Positions 27,794 through 29,059 of a stretch of 29,059 nucleotides of DNA are shown one piece after another. The notes below the pieces were generated by a model. The model saw nothing but the letters and a program-made list of their open reading frames with translations, was not told where the DNA came from and ran no database searches. This DNA is from Chlamydiia bacterium (GTDB lineage: Bacteria; Chlamydiota; Chlamydiia; Chlamydiales; Parachlamydiaceae): the NCBI GenBank assembly GCA_038257035.1, contig JBBSJT010000016.1, forward strand, positions 1 through 29,059, in the 5' to 3' direction. The first letter of the stretch is position 1. Each line of letters opens with the position of its first letter. The position numbers were made by a program, and so were the translations under genes.

Positions 27794-28525
27794 TTAGTTT
27801 TTGTATAAAAATGATGCAATTGCTGCTGATTTCGCAACTATTCTACCTGCTAACAGTACTGATGTCGCAGGAGCAAATCCAGCTAATGGAATAGCTATTA
27901 AAGCCACTTCAGAAACTGTCCAAACAAGCGAAAGAACATTAGATTTTCTATTAGCGTCTGCTTCAGCTAATGTTAGCGTTGGTGCTGGTGCATATAATTT
28001 ATTTGCTGTAACTACAATCATTACGGAATAACCAATTAAAGCAGCAACAGTCATACTACCAATCATTTTAGCAGTATTAGCGCCCAAATTCATTAAATTT
28101 TTGCCATGAGCCCAAAGTGCTGCTTCGCCAAGGTTTGTTACACCAAATGAAAGTTCTGTAACTAAATTACTTGGATCATTTTTAGCACGCAAGAAAGGTT
28201 TATTTTTCCAAACTCTATTAACATTTTTTGCAACATACTTAACAGTCCCACCTACTGCAAAAACATCAAATACCGTAGCTACAATCCCAAAAGCAGCTGC
28301 TGCAGGCTTTAACGCTTTGACATTTAAAAGCTCTACACTATAGGAGCCCAATAAAAGCAACTTTCCTAAAGCGCTATTATCAGATCTAATTCTGTCTACA
28401 GCGATACAAGCTTTGCCAAAAGCTATACTGATCTTTTTGACACCTGAGTCGACATTTGCTAGTATAGCATTGCCCACACGCCCATAATCAAAGGCTGTGT
28501 AATTTGATACGTTTGAATTTTGCAT
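27794..28525 (-). CDS. Ala/Val-rich hydrophobic protein, probable distant paralog of 27012..27773 (start moved to ATG 28525)
   Basis: AGGAG SD before ATG 28525; S/N-rich N-terminus; several hydrophobic helices. Confidence 0.6.
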   Translation of the reverse strand: MQNSNVSNYTAFDYGRVGNAILANVDSGVKKISIAFGKACIAVDRIRSDNSALGKLLLLGSYSVELLNVKALKPAAAAFGIVATVFDVFAVGGTVKYVAKNVNRVWKNKPFLRAKNDPSNLVTELSFGVTNLGEAALWAHGKNLMNLGANTAKMIGSMTVAALIGYSVMIVVTANKLYAPAPTLTLAEADANRKSNVLSLVWTVSEVALIAIPLAGFAPATSVLLAGRIVAKSAAIASFLYKN

Positions 28526-28583
28526 TGAAAAAGCTCCTATATGTTTAACACCTTGAGAGGTATATTTTTCTTTTCGAAGATTG

Positions 28584-28612
28584 AGGGTAGCAAAAAATTT
28601 CAGTGCGGTCAA
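28584..28612 (-). promoter_or_regulatory. Promoter for the two-gene Cap1-locus operon
   Basis: TTGACC-N17-TACCCT with TG extension. Confidence 0.6.
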
Positions 28613-28805
28613 GAATTATTTTTTAAAATTAGGGTATCAAATTCGACGTAAATTTTACTTTGCAATTTTAGCGATTGATAATATCCTGCCTTATCATGTC
28701 GGGATAGCGATCATGCGTATCTTGTAAAAAACAAAGTCTCTAGTGAGCTTAGTTAATTTTTTTTTCAGTCGCCGTTATCATGGCTTATTTTTTTTTATTG
28801 ATTTA

Positions 28806-28851
28806 CCACGGGTTTACACCCGTGGCTACATGCTGCCGTCGCATTCGCGAC
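28806..28851 (-). repeat. GTAG-type REP element with companion hairpin
   Basis: Minus strand GTCGC-GAAT-GCGAC...GTAG-CCACGGG-TGTAAA-CCCGTGG. Confidence 0.7.
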
Positions 28852-28900
28852 TAAAAAAAGCCAACATAAGTTTCAGATTAAAGTTGTATGACAAGAATGT

Positions 28901-29059
28901 TTAGATGTTGAATTTGAGTTGGTCTATTGAGATTCCACGCAAAAACTCACCGATGGGCATTGCCTTTTTACCTTCAAGTTGAAGGTCAATAATGCGCAAG
29001 GCTTGATTTTTACAGGCAACCACAATTCCATCTTGATTTGCAGACAGAATTTGCCCTGG
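28901..29059 (-). CDS. fmt: Methionyl-tRNA formyltransferase, C-terminal end (partial)
   Basis: Hand translation PGQILSANQDGIVVACKNQALRIIDLQLEGKKAMPIGEFLRG...NI*; matches the Fmt C-domain and chlamydial synteny. Confidence 0.9.
   Translation of the reverse strand, partial: PGQILSANQDGIVVACKNQALRIIDLQLEGKKAMPIGEFLRGISIDQLKFNI

Noticed and set aside
3911..28031. Numerous plus-strand and nested alternative-frame ORFs in the track
   Set aside because: They are shadows of well-supported minus-strand genes, with no SD or motif support.

Overview
This window looks like a chromosome segment from an environmental member of the phylum Chlamydiota. The evidence is a grgA homologue, the chlamydial ribosomal gene order without rpsJ, rpsN, rpmD, adk or rpsD, and fmt-(Cap1 locus)-rplC synteny. 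The right ~18 kb is core genome, all on the minus strand: the 3' end of fmt, two Ala-rich hydrophobic ORFs at the Cap1/CT529 position, an SLBB protein, the S10-spc-alpha cluster (rplC to rplQ), gap, grgA and tRNA-Leu(TAA). rplD is interrupted by one in-frame TAA. The left ~11 kb, directly downstream of the tRNA 3' end, is an integrated element resembling a phage satellite (P4/PICI-like), with no structural genes visible. It carries a tyrosine integrase, an unusual fusion of a degenerate recombinase domain to an IS5-type HTH, an excisionase-like gene, a DUF927 helicase, a Zn-ribbon/TOPRIM primase, a mirror-ordered A-B-B'-A' paralog cassette followed by an HGGxSTG-like gene, and AT-rich cargo. 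Two clusters of 9-bp-period GTCAC repeats ~5 kb apart suggest a bipartite ori/crr origin. The far attachment site was not found in the window. All family calls come from motif recognition by eye; no searches were run.
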